A stretch of DNA of 64,000 nucleotides from Eledone cirrhosa (Eukaryota). The position numbers were made by a program, and so were the translations under genes. This document shows, piece after piece, positions 1-11,399 of the stretch. Numbering within the stretch: position 1 is the first letter of the stretch; the number at the start of each line of letters is the position of its first letter. Where the stretch lies: NCBI GenBank assembly GCA_964016885.1, contig OZ024766.1, forward strand, positions 16,616,001-16,680,000, given 5' to 3'. A model generated the notes under the pieces. The model ran no database searches, was not told the origin of the DNA, and saw only the letters and a program-made list of their open reading frames with translations.

Positions 1-423
1 GTAATGGAACTCTTAGTAGACACAATTGTAAAGTAAGAATAGATATGACAGTGTAAGACTGATGTCGGGGAATTAAAATTGTGTGTGTGTATATATATAT
101 ATATAATTGTTACACAAGATATAATTAGATAAATTAAAGTTATAATGAAGACAGCAGGTACTCGGTGTCTTAGCGAATATTTCGACTCTCGTACGGTGTC
201 AAACGTGAAAAGTCCCTGACATAATTTTGTACTTTCACTCACATTTCCAGTCGTATTTAATTTTATAGTGATGTGATTTATTAAAAAGAAACGTGATAAT
301 TGTTTCTACTTTAGGCACAAGGCCAGTAAATACCCCAGTACATTACTGGTACTTCATTTTATCGACCCCGTATGGATGAAAGGCAAAGCTTACCTCTGAG
401 GGATTAACTTTGCTTTTCATCCT

Positions 424-3400
424 TATCTCTATACATATAGAAAATGGACAGAGTGTGTACTTCACTGAAACCACTGCTCATCAGTTGACACCAGCACCAC
501 CTGACACTACTCTAACTGCTTTTTTGAAACACTGCCAGAATAAAGAATTTGTTCGATCCCTCCTATATGCTGACATCCCAAAATACTACACCTGGACCAA
601 TTGTAAGACTTGGAATCAAAGGAAGCAGGGTCATTTAGTGGAAGGTGATGAAGTCAAGGCAAGTGATGCTATTGGGCATGTTTACAATGACCACCCCAAC
701 AACAGAGAGAGTTTTTATTTACAGTCACATCTGCATATTGTTCAAGGACCAACGTCATTTGAGGATCTCAGGTGATTTGGTGGAAGAGTGCAGCAAATAA
801 CAAGAAGCATCTAAAGAACATCAGATTCTGCATGGCAATTGATATTGGAAGAAGAGACTAGAAGGAGTAGTCACTGGAGTAGCCAGTTAAATAAGACAGC
901 CATGGACACCTGTATGACAACTGACATTGGAAGAAGGGACTAGAAGGAGCAGTCACTGGAGTAGCCAGTTAAATAAGACAGCCATGGACTTCTGTATGAC
1001 AACTGAGATTGGAAGAAGAGACTAGAAGGAGCAGTCACTGGAGTAGCCAGTTAAATAAGACAACCATGGACTTCTGTATGACAACTGAGATTGGAAGAAG
1101 AGACTAGAAGGAGCAGTCACTGGAGTAGCGAGTTAAATAAGACAACCATGGACACCTGTATGACAACTGACATTGGAAGAAGGGACTAGAAGGAACAGTC
1201 ACTGGAGTAGCGAGTTAAATAAGACAGCCATGGACTCCTGTATGACAACTGACATTGGAAGAAGAGACTAGAAGGAGCAGTCACTGGAGTAGCCAGTTAA
1301 ATAAAACAGCCATGGACTCCTGTATGACAACTGACATTGGATGAAGGGACTATAAGGAGCAGTCACTGGAGTAGCCAGTTAAATAAGACAGCCATGGACT
1401 TCTGTATGACAACTGACATTGGCAGAAGTGACTAGAAGGAGCAGTCACTGGAGTAGCCACTTAAATAAGACAGTCATGGACACCTGTATGACAACTAACA
1501 TTCGAAGAAGGGACTAGAAGGAGCAGTCACTGGAGTAGCCAGCTAAATAAGACAGCCATGGACACCTGTATGACAACTGACATTGGAAGAAGGGACTAGA
1601 AGGAGCAGTCACTGGAATAGCCAGTTAAATAAGACAGCCATGGACTCCTGTATGACAACTGACATTGGAAAGAGAGACTAGAAGGAGCAGTCACTGGAGT
1701 AGCCAGTTAAATAAGACAGTCATGGACACCTGTATGACAACTAACATTGGAAGAAGGGACTAGAAGGAGCAGTCACTGGAGTAGCCAGTTAAATAAGACA
1801 GCCATGGACACCTGTATGACAACTAACATTGGAAGAAGGGACTAGAAGGAGCAGTCACTGGAGTAGCCAGTTAAATAAGACAGCCATGGACTTCTGTATG
1901 ACAACTGAGATTGGAAGAAGGGACTAGAAGGAGCAGTCACTGGAGTAGCCATTTAAATAAGACAGCCATGGACTCCTGTATGACAACTGACATTGGAAGA
2001 AGGGACTAGAAGGAGCAGTCACTGGAGTAGCTAGTTAAATAAGACAGCCATGGACTCCTGTAAGACAACTGACATTGGAAGAAGGGACTAGAAGGAGTAG
2101 TCACTGGAGTAGCCAGTTAAATAAGACAGTCATGGACACCTGTATGACAACTAACATTGGAAGAAGGGACTAGAAGGAGCAGTCACTGGAGTAGCCAGTT
2201 AAATAAGACAGCCATGGACTTCTGTATGACAACTGAGATTGGAAGAAGGGACTAGAAGGAGCAGTCACAGGAGTAGCCAGTTAAATAAGACAGTCATGGA
2301 CACCTGTATGACAACTAACATTGGAAGAAGGGACTAGAAGGAGCAGTCACTGGAGTAGCCAGTTAAATAAGACAGCCATGGACTCCTGTATGACAACTGA
2401 CATTGGATGAAGGGATTAGAAGGAGCAGTCACTGGAGTAGCCAGTTAAATAAGACAGCCATGGACACCTGTATGACAACTGACATTGGAAAAAGGGACTA
2501 GAAGGAGTAGTCACTGGAGTAGCCAGTTAAATAAGACAGCCATGGACTCCTGTATGACAACTGACATTGGAAGAAGGGACTAGAGGGAGCAGTCACTGGA
2601 GTGGCCAATTAAATAAGACAGCCATGGACACCTGTATGACAACTGACATTGGAAGAAGAGACTAGAAGGAGCAGTCACTGGAGTAGCCAGTTAAATAAGA
2701 CAGCCATGGACTCCTGTATGACAACTGACATTGGAAGAAGAGACTAGAAGGAGCAGTCACTGGAGGGGCCAGTTAAATAAGACAGCCATCGACACATGTA
2801 TGACAACTGACATTGGAAGAAGGGACTAGAGGGAGCAGTCACAGGAGTGGCCAATTAAATAAGACAGCCATGGACACCTGTATGACAACTGACATTGGAA
2901 GAAGGGACTAGAAGGAGCAGTCACTGGAGTAGCCAGTTAAATAAGACAGCCATGGACTCCTGTATGACAACTGACATTGGAATAAGAGACTAGAAGGAGC
3001 AGTCACTGGAGTGGCCAATTAAATAAGACAGCCATGGACACCTGTATGACAACTGACATTGGAAGAAGGGACTAGAAGGAGCAGTCAATGGGGTAGCCAG
3101 TTAAATAAGACAGCCATGGACACCTGTATGACAACTGACATTGGAAGAAGGGACTAGAAGGAGCAGTCACTGGAGCAGCCAGTTAAATAAGACAGTTGTT
3201 TGCTACTATCCTCACAGCATCTGGAATAAATCTCATCTACCCTGGCAGGAGTACAAAAACAATATATCAGACGACTATCTACATCTAGCCCAAAGATGTT
3301 ATAGCAATATTTATGTGGAATCTACATCCAGGATTTACAATCAACCTCTGTGCAACCTGTCCCATTGAATTCCAGCAATGAATAGCAATGCAGGATGCCA

Positions 3401-3430
3401 GAGCCAGAAGAAATTGAGGTAATACAATCA
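424..3430 (+). mobile_element. Degenerate Helitron Rep/helicase ORF fragment (unit 1), interrupted by the 82-bp array
   Basis: Translation IHIENGQSVYFTE..PPDTTLTAF..LLYADIPKYYTW..W..RKQG..DAIG.VY..HPNNRESFYL..LHIVQGPTSFEDLR, resuming after the array as IRQLFATILT..WQEYKNN.SDDYLH, resembles the region of Helitron RepHel proteins between the Rep motifs and the helicase. It contains stops and frameshifts. Confidence 0.85.
840..3195 (+). repeat. 82-bp minisatellite, about 28.7 copies
   Basis: Monomer TGACATTGGAAGAAGGGACTAGAAGGAGCAGTCACTGGAGTAGCCAGTTAAATAAGACAGCCATGGACTCCTGTATGACAAC; CATGG at 901 and 983 gives period 82. Confidence 0.97.
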
Positions 3431-3559
3431 GTTTTTCAGGAGACAAACCATGATATTGAAGTGTTGCGTAAGTTTGTGGATGAAAACAAACCTTGACTGG
3501 TGGATGACCAGAAATATGCCTACCACAAGATCTTGAAAAACATTCAACATGACAACACC

Positions 3560-3692
3560 CAGCACTCACTGTAAATGAGGTTGGCGTTAGGAAGGGCATC
3601 CATCTTTAGAAATCAAGCCACAATCAGTTCCCGTACCACCCTTGCAAGCAGGGAAAAAGCGGACGTGAAATGAAATGATGATGAATGATGAT
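3560..3692 (+). mobile_element. SINE 3' remnant with (TGA)n tail (present in every unit)
   Basis: GTTGGCGTTAGGAAGGGCATCC motif followed by ..GGACGTGAAATGAAATGATGATGAATGATGA, similar to cephalopod SINE tails as I recall them. Confidence 0.55.
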
Positions 3693-3962
3693 TTTTTCAA
3701 TAGGGTCACTTTAACGAATCAAAAGATATATAACAGAAAAACAGGCACTAAAATATATTTTCCGTGCTATTTCAAACTTCACCTTTTCTCTATATATAGA
3801 GAGAGAGCGAGAGGACAATTTGTCATGTCTTCATTACATTTATTGAGCAGTGAAGCACGTTTTGCTATCGATCAGCTCAAGGTTTGATCTGTATTGATCT
3901 AGCCTGACTCTGGAATTAAAAGCTTGTCAGACTTCTGTTGTGGTAATGTTACAATCCCTAGA

Positions 3963-4018
3963 TATCATCATCATTGATTAATGTCTATCTTCCATGCTAG
4001 CATGGGTTGGACGGGTTT
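3963..4018 (-). mobile_element. SINE 3' tail remnant (present in every unit)
   Basis: Reverse complement AAACCCGTCCAACCCATGCTAGCATGGAAGATAGACATTAATCAATGATGATGATA ends in (TGA)n. Confidence 0.5.
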
Positions 4019-4946
4019 GTCGTATTTAGAAGCAAGTTAGGTCGGGTGACCGTGTCTCGCTCATATATATATATATATAGCAGGCGCTGCAAAAAAGATC
4101 CGGAAACTAACCATGCATCCCAGACATGGCTTCAAGTGACCCAGGCGGGCAGGTGCAGCAAACAAACGTTGCATACCTGACCCTGTGCGTATCGACAATG
4201 GTAGGGTTGTAACCATATCTTGTAACAGAGAAAAAAATTTTCTGGGAAAGACTGCCCTAACACCAGCTAGAGTTACCTCCCTTGACCTACTGCAACATCA
4301 AAACACGCTTTTTTGCGAAGAATGAACTCTGACGTGAACTTATCTCTAAAAACACATTCTGGGCCATGTAAGGAACACTTTTTAGTTATTTATACCCTTG
4401 AGAAGCCCATCCAGGTGAAAATTACATAGGTGCTATTTTAAATAAACATCTTTTAACGGTCTGTTCTGCTATATTTTACTTTTCCACGTATAAATATATA
4501 TATATATATATATATCAACTAGAAATTGATTGACATATAAATAAACATATGAAACAATCACAGGGGATAATTTGTAAAAGTGTGTAAGCACACATAGCTA
4601 GGTAGGTAACTAAATAAAGTTTAACTAGAACTTCAAAAATAGATACCTTAGAAAATGATTAATCTTCCTTGTATATATTCCATTAAAGAAATAAAGAAAT
4701 ATATTTCACCAATTAATCGATTGGTAAACGACAGTAGCCAGATCTTGGATTCTCAACAAGGAAGAAGTTCAACCATCTGTGTTTACGCATCAAGTTCAAA
4801 TCAGCGACTGACCAGAAACACATGCTGTATCTACTAAAAATACACACATCATACCAGCTTCATCCCAGTTGCGTGAATAGGGTTATTGACAACTAGAAAC
4901 AGCAGTCAGGTCCTTTCAACAGAGTTAGCTCTACAATTAAGAGGCC

Positions 4947-5172
4947 GTATTTATATATATCCAAAATTAAGATAAATTAAAACAAAATTAATCTATATCA
5001 AATTATGGGTGTCATGCCAGAAAGACATGCGCCATATCACCCGTAAAATAAGCACCATGGAGCTTATTTTATGGGTGATATGGCACCTGTCTTTCTGGCA
5101 TGACACCCATAATTTGATTTACATTAATTTTATTTTAATTTATCTTAATTTTGGATACATATATATAAATAC
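4947..5172. repeat. ~225-bp spacerless palindrome (MITE-like/foldback), unit 1
   Basis: Arms CCAAAATTAAGATAAATT..TATGGGTGTCATGCCAGAAAGAC / GTCTTTCTGGCATGACACCCATA..AATTTATCTTAATTTTGG around a central CCATGG, flanked by (TA)n. Confidence 0.92.
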
Positions 5173-5217
5173 AGAGAAAGAGAAGAGTAGACAAACAGAC
5201 AATGACAAAGAAGAGGA

Positions 5218-5320
5218 ATTAACCACCCCAGTATTTCACTGGTATTTCATTTATTGGCCTCAAAATATCGAAGCAACTTTACCTCAGTGGGATTTGTACT
5301 CTGAAAACTAGAACAGACAC
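5218..5320 (-). mobile_element. Degenerate tRNA-derived SINE fragment (present in every unit)
   Basis: CCCCAGTATTTCACTGGTATTTCATTTATT..ACCTCAGTGGGATTTGTACTCTGA is a diverged version of the SINE at 9508-9683. Confidence 0.55.
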
Positions 5321-5483
5321 TGAAAATATATCAAGATGTGCACACATGTATATAAGAACACATATAAACATACATATACATATACACACACATATATACA
5401 CAAATAAAGATAATCATTTTCATGGACAGAAATTTCTACACACTGACATATACACTCATACATATATATATATATATATATAT

Positions 5484-5606
5484 ATAGGAAAATGTTTAAC
5501 CCCGACGGCAGAGCTCAAGCCATTTCGACGGTTATGTCTGGACTGTTTCCAGAAATAGCCGTCGAAACGGATTGAGCTCTGCCGTCGGGGTTAAACATTT
5601 TCCTAT
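5484..5606. repeat. 123-bp inverted repeat/hairpin (MITE-like), unit 1
   Basis: ATAGGAAAATGTTTAACCCCGACGGCAGAGCTCAA..TTGAGCTCTGCCGTCGGGGTTAAACATTTTCCTAT with an inner stem TTTCGACGG/CCGTCGAAA, adjacent to (TA)n. Confidence 0.92.
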
Positions 5607-6029
5607 TACCCGCTCTACTACCCTAAGTATTGAGTACTCTGGTGCGTATATGGTCCATCTGGTTCTTTACCACACCTCTTTTGTTATATATATATAAAAT
5701 TATAAAAAACGAAAGGAGCTGTGTGGTTACTGTAAACAAAGTCTAAGATGGTAATATGGATGAAAGGAGAGAAGAAACCCTTCATCAGCTGTAAACCGAG
5801 ATCATAGATGTTTTGGCACATATATATATATACAGTGTTTGTAAATTCTGTACCATACAGATTTGTCAGCATAAGTCTTGGTTACAACTTCTACAAATAA
5901 AATGAAAGGAGAATAATTTCAGAACAAAAAAGTTTTATTCAAAACATTAACATTGATGGCACTATTTTCGGTGAGTGACATGGTTTTTATCTTGTCTGAT
6001 TGTGTTTGTGTTACATTAAGTAACCTTAT

Positions 6030-6960
<931 letters not shown>

Positions 6961-8400
6961 TTAGTCACCTGTATGGGTACGTATGTGGCTAGTTAAGTGA
7001 CCACTTTGAGAGAATGATTTACCACAGATATCACAGTGATATGGCTTGTCTCCTGTATGTATACGTTTGTGACTAATTAAATTACTACAAGAAGAGAATG
7101 ATTTACCACAGATATCACAGTGATATGGTTTGTCACCAGTATGGGTACGTATGTGACGAGTTAATATACTACTTAGAGAGAATGATTTACCACAGATATC
7201 ACAGCGATATGGTTTCTCACCTGTATGTATACGCATGTGTGTAGTTAAGGTACTACTTTTATTGAATGATATACCACAGATATCACAGTGATATGGCTTC
7301 TCACCTGTATGTATACGTTTGTGACTAGTTAAATTACTAATAAAAGAGAATGATTTACCACAGATATCACAGTGATATGGCTTCTCTCCTGTATGTATAC
7401 GCATGTGTGTAGTTAAATGACTAATTTTATTGAATGATTTACCACAGATATCACAGTGATATGGCTTGTCTACTGTATGTATACGTTTGTGTCTAGTTAA
7501 TTTACTATTAACAAAGAATGATTTACCACAGATATCACAGTGATATGGCTTCTCTCCTGTATGTATATGTTTGTGTGTAGTTAAATGACTACTTCGAGAG
7601 AATGATTTACCACAGATATCACAGTGATATGGCTTGTCACCTGTATGGGTACGTTTGTGGCGAGTTAAGGTACCACTTTCAGAGAATGATTTACCACAGA
7701 TATCACAGTGATATGGTTTGTCACCTGTATGTATATGTTTGTGTGTAGTTAAGTGACTACTTCGAGAGAATGATTTACCACAGATATCACAGTGATATGG
7801 TTTGTCACCTGTATGGGTACGTTTGTGACAAGTTAATATACTACTTAGAGAGAATGATTTACCACAGATATCACAGTGATATGGTTTCTCACCTGTATGT
7901 ATACGCATGTGTGTAGTTAAGGTACTACTTTGAGAGAATGATTTACCACAGATATCACAGTGATATGGCTTCTCTCCTGTATGTATATGTTTGTGTGTAG
8001 TTAAATGAGTACTTCGAGAGAATAATTTACCACAGATATCACAGTGATATGGCTTGTCTCCTGTATGTGTACGTTTGTGACTAGCTAAGTGACCACTTTC
8101 AGAGAATGATTTACCACAGATATCACAGTGATATGGTTTCTCACCTGTATGTATACGCATGTGGCTAGTTAAGGTACTACTTTGAGAGAATGATTTACCA
8201 CAGATATCACAGTTATATGGCTTCTCTCCTGTATGGGTACGTTTGTGACTAGTTAATTTACTACTAACAAAGAATGATTTACCACAGATATCACAGTGAT
8301 ATGGCTTCTCTCCTCTATCGTTTGACATCTCTTCTGTAATAGCCATATCTTTAGACATTGTTTCACATTTAATCTTCTTTTCACTCAATTTATTTTCCAT
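6961..8400 (-). CDS. C2H2 zinc-finger protein, 16 tandem fingers (unit 1)
   Basis: 479-aa ORF with 16 x 28-aa CxxC-x12-HxxxH units and TGEKPY/TGDKPY linkers. It stops one finger earlier than its paralogues. Confidence 0.92.
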   Translation of the reverse strand: MENKLSEKKIKCETMSKDMAITEEMSNDRGEKPYHCDICGKSFFVSSKLTSHKRTHTGEKPYNCDICGKSFSQSSTLTSHMRIHTGEKPYHCDICGKSFSESGHLASHKRTHTGDKPYHCDICGKLFSRSTHLTTHKHIHTGEKPYHCDICGKSFSQSSTLTTHMRIHTGEKPYHCDICGKSFSLSSILTCHKRTHTGDKPYHCDICGKSFSRSSHLTTHKHIHTGDKPYHCDICGKSFSESGTLTRHKRTHTGDKPYHCDICGKSFSRSSHLTTHKHIHTGEKPYHCDICGKSFFVNSKLTRHKRIHTVDKPYHCDICGKSFNKISHLTTHMRIHTGEKPYHCDICGKSFSFISNLTSHKRIHTGEKPYHCDICGISFNKSSTLTTHMRIHTGEKPYRCDICGKSFSLSSILTRHIRTHTGDKPYHCDICGKSFSSCSNLISHKRIHTGDKPYHCDICGKSFSQSGHLTSHIRTHTGD

Positions 8401-8776
8401 AATAATTCTTCTTCCCCTGGCAGAATTTACAGATGTTATTCTTTAATATTTTTTATATTATAGTCCTAAAAAATATTTCTTCTGTTATATTTCTCTCAAT
8501 TATGATCTCAGTTAATATCTGAAATGATCAAACTTCTTTGTCATTGAAGTTGAGTTAAAATACAAAATATATCTCATATATATACCACACAGTGAAGAAA
8601 AGAAATTTTGTCTTTAAACTCAGTTCTGAGGAAATATATCACAGTAATTCTGATAGATTTATACAAACAGTGTTATGTAAGTTCTGTTTAAAAAGTTTTA
8701 ATCTTCAAATGATGATAAATCGAGGTGATGTATCCAAGATTGAAAATAATAATTTATCCCAATGTCATCTGATATT

Positions 8777-8795
8777 CTGAAATGAAAAAGAAACA
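8777..8795 (-). other. Putative splice acceptor of the ZNF coding exon
   Basis: Minus strand reads GTTTCTTTTTCATTTCAG|AATATC; conserved in all complete units. Confidence 0.6.
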
Positions 8796-8939
8796 GTATG
8801 AGATAATAGAGAATACTTAAGAAGCAGAGATAGATTTAACAGTGGAAATTTTACATCTATAAACCCTGGAAACTTTTTATTGAAAAATCAAATTATTTTA
8901 GTTTTTAATTAGTTACAAGAAATCTTCCTCCACACCTGC

Positions 8940-9360
8940 AACCAGGAGTGCATCTGGGGTTCTCTTCTCTTCAGAGAGATGGAGAGAATACTTTGCTGAT
9001 CTCCCAAACCCGATCACAACAGCATCTTCGGATGTATATGAGGTGAATCTGATAGCGGTGACTAATCTCTCGGAGGCTGAGGTCACAAGAGCAATTATAG
9101 AGCTCAAATGTGACCGACTCATGTGTGTCAGATGGCCTGGGTCTCTGAAATGGCACTCAAGCAATGCAATCGGGAGTGATAATCCCAACTTATAAAAAGC
9201 GAGTCCAAGCTAGCTGATGGACAGTGCTGTTTTTTCCCTGGGTGCAACATAACCCACCAAATATTCACACTGTGGCAGGTCTTTGAGAAATCGTGGGAGT
9301 ATTGCTAAGAGGTATATATTATCGTTTTATAGACCTTGAAAATGCATATGATCGCATTCT
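8940..9360 (+). mobile_element. RTE-clade LINE ORF2 fragment (N-terminal part of RT), unit 1
   Basis: ERWREYFADL.NP..SEAEVTRAI..GVIIP.YKKGD..RGITLL.LPGKVYAK..QIFTLWQVFEKSWEY..FIDLENAYDRI (the middle is more complete in units 2-6); frameshifted. Confidence 0.8.
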
Positions 9361-9770
9361 TCAGGACCTGCTGAGCATACAGGAGTTCCCATGGGCAGCC
9401 AGTCTTAAACATCTCTGTTATAGGCTGCAGGACGATAATAACTAAGTGAGGGCTAAGAACAGAGCCCTGGTGGACACCAGACTACACTCCAAATTCTTCA
9501 CTATAATTGTTTCTATTTTAAACACAAGGCCAGCAATTACCCAGTACATTACTGGTACTTTATTTTATCAACCCCGTATGGATGTAAGGCAAAGTTAACC
9601 TCGGCGGGATTTGAACTCAGATCATAAAGGGACGTAACTCTGTGCTTCAAAGCATGGTGTCCGACTCTCTACCGATACTGCCACTTCACTATAATGAATG
9701 TTAATCCTGACATTGCTGACTGCTCTTCTATACATGGCTTTATGATCCTGTATACAAGACATGTATCAGA
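9361..9770 (-). mobile_element. RTE-type LINE RT fragment (domains 4-5), opposite strand, split by a SINE
   Basis: After removing the SINE, the minus strand translates RIIKAMYRRAVSNVRINIHYSEEFGV*SGVHQGSVLSPHLVIIVLQPITEMFKTGCPWELLYA. Confidence 0.8.
9508..9683 (-). mobile_element. tRNA-derived SINE with 12-bp target-site duplication (unit 1)
   Basis: Minus strand has A-box-like TGGCAGTATCGG and B-box-like GAGTTCAAATCCC. It is flanked by CTTCACTATAAT at 9496-9507 and 9684-9695. Confidence 0.85.
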
Positions 9771-9924
9771 CGGTTATTCAGCTAGCTCTTTAGAGTATTA
9801 GAACCTTATTATGTACAGCCACCGAGATCCCACACCAACAGATGTCCCTTCACCATCAAAGCAGATTTAGAATAAAATAGACAAAATATTAATTTACTTG
9901 AATTAAATAGACGTTTAAATTTAC

Positions 9925-10305
9925 ATAATTAAATAGACGGAGGTAATTTAATTAATAAAAATATCTTTAACTTACTTAAAGCAATGACAAAGTACAGCTA
10001 AATATAAACTATATTTTATAATGTAAGGTAGAGAACAAGATAATTAAATAGACGGAGGTAATTTAGATAACAAAAATATCTTTAATTTACTTAAAGCAAT
10101 AACAAGGTACAGCTAAATATAAACTATATTTTATAATGTAAGGTAGTGAACAAGATAATTAAATAGACGGAGGTAATTTAAATAATAAATATATCTTTAA
10201 CTTACTTAAAGCAATAACAAGGTACAGCTAAATATAAACTATATTTTATAATGTAAGGTAGTGAACAAGATAATTAAATAGACGGAGGTAATTTAAATAA
10301 TAAAG
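9925..10305. repeat. 115-bp AT-rich tandem repeat (about 3.3 copies; fewer in units 2-5)
   Basis: AAATAGACGGAGGTAATTTA recurs at 9931, 10046, 10161 and 10276. Confidence 0.9.
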
Positions 10306-10433
10306 ACAGTCATGATAACAATATATTTTATATCACATGTAACAGTGGAATCTGGTTAATTACTGAATCGTTGTAAGGTTCACATAATTATATTATTTAC
10401 ACACATTAATATAGACATTAAGTAAATCTTTGT

Positions 10434-10445
10434 CAACTTACCTCC
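10434..10445 (-). other. Putative splice donor of an upstream non-coding exon
   Basis: Minus strand GGAG|GTAAGTTG is a consensus donor, at the same position in all units (GGAA|GTAAGT in units 3 and 5). Confidence 0.55.
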
Positions 10446-11054
10446 TTCACATATAATCAATGTATTGTGTTGTTAGTTGTTACTAAACAACCAAAGAAAT
10501 AATCTCTTTGTTATCAAATTAGAAGTTTCAATGTTATCAGCTTTATTTCACGACATTAACGTTGGTGTATCTTCTTCATCTTTAGTCATACATTGATATC
10601 TTGTCAGAATGAAGTAGTGAGGCTGACTTTATGTCTTTAGCTACAGATTAGATAGGAAATATATATATATTAGGTTGATATGTGGTCTAATATATATATA
10701 TTGTCTATAAATGACTGATAGCAGATGTTCTGGTGAAATAGTAGTTTTACTACTACAGATTGTAATGGAACTCTTAGTAGACACAATTGTAAAGTAAGAA
10801 TATATATGACAGTGTAAGACTGATGTCGGGGAATTAAAATTGTGTGTGTATATATATATAATTGTTACACAAGATATAATTAGATTAATTAAAGTTATAA
10901 CGAAGACAGCAGGTACTCGGTGTCTTAGCGAATGTTTCGACTCTCGTTACGGTGTCAAACATTAAAAGTCCCTGATATAATTTAATACCTTAGAGACACA
11001 TTTCCAGTCGTATTTAATTCTATAGTGATGTGATTTATTAAAAAGAAATGTGAT

Positions 11055-11398
11055 AATTGTTTCTATTTTTTGGCACAAGGCCAGCAATTACTGGTACTAT
11101 ATTTAATCAACCCCGTAATAACTGTTTCTACTTTAGGCACAAGGCCAGCAATTACCTCAGTGTATTACTGGTACTTTATTTTATCAACCCTGTAATAACT
11201 GTTTCTACTTTAGGCACAAGGCCAGCAATTACTCCAGTGTATTACTGGTACTTTATTTTATCGACCCCATAATAATTGTTTCTACTTTAGGCACAAGGCC
11301 AGCAATTACCCCAGTACATTACTGGTACTTTATAATACCGACCCCGTAGGGATGAAAGGCAAAGCTAACCTCTGAGGGATTAACTTTGCTTTTCATCC
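11055..11398. repeat. 77-bp tandem repeat of the SINE 3' half (4 copies) ending in a hairpin
   Basis: GTTTCTACTTTAGGCACAAGGCCAGC at 11124, 11201 and 11278; the same sequence as the 3' half of the SINE at 9508. Confidence 0.88.
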
Positions 11399-11399
11399 T

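Noticed and set aside
410-775. 121-aa ORF (and its copies) as a functional gene
   Set aside because: It starts at TTG inside a SINE-derived hairpin and is an internal Helitron fragment with downstream stops and frameshifts. Conservation between copies reflects recent duplication.
840-3195. 82-bp arrays as CRISPR arrays
   Set aside because: Monomers are contiguous with no unique spacers, there are no cas genes, and the context is eukaryotic.
4510-4640. CTAG motifs as Helitron 3' termini
   Set aside because: There are several CTAGs but no convincing GC-rich subterminal hairpin or A|T insertion context.
5520-5580. Hammerhead ribozyme in the 123-bp hairpin (CGAAAC motif)
   Set aside because: No CUGANGA core was found at the required position on either strand.
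5346-5872. YIYI/HTHI-rich short ORFs
   Set aside because: They are translations of (TA)n/(CA)n microsatellites.
6961-8400. Calling the ZNFs PRDM9 or KRAB-ZNF orthologues
   Set aside because: No PR/SET, KRAB or SSXRD domain is visible; the resemblance is only in the mode of array evolution.
8913-9188. Minus-strand 60-100 aa ORFs (..ECHFRDPGHLTH..) in each unit
   Set aside because: They are antisense to the LINE fragment and lie inside the predicted intron.
9595-9683. tRNA gene
   Set aside because: A- and B-box-like motifs are present, but there is no cloverleaf, and the SINE body and TSD identify it as a SINE head.
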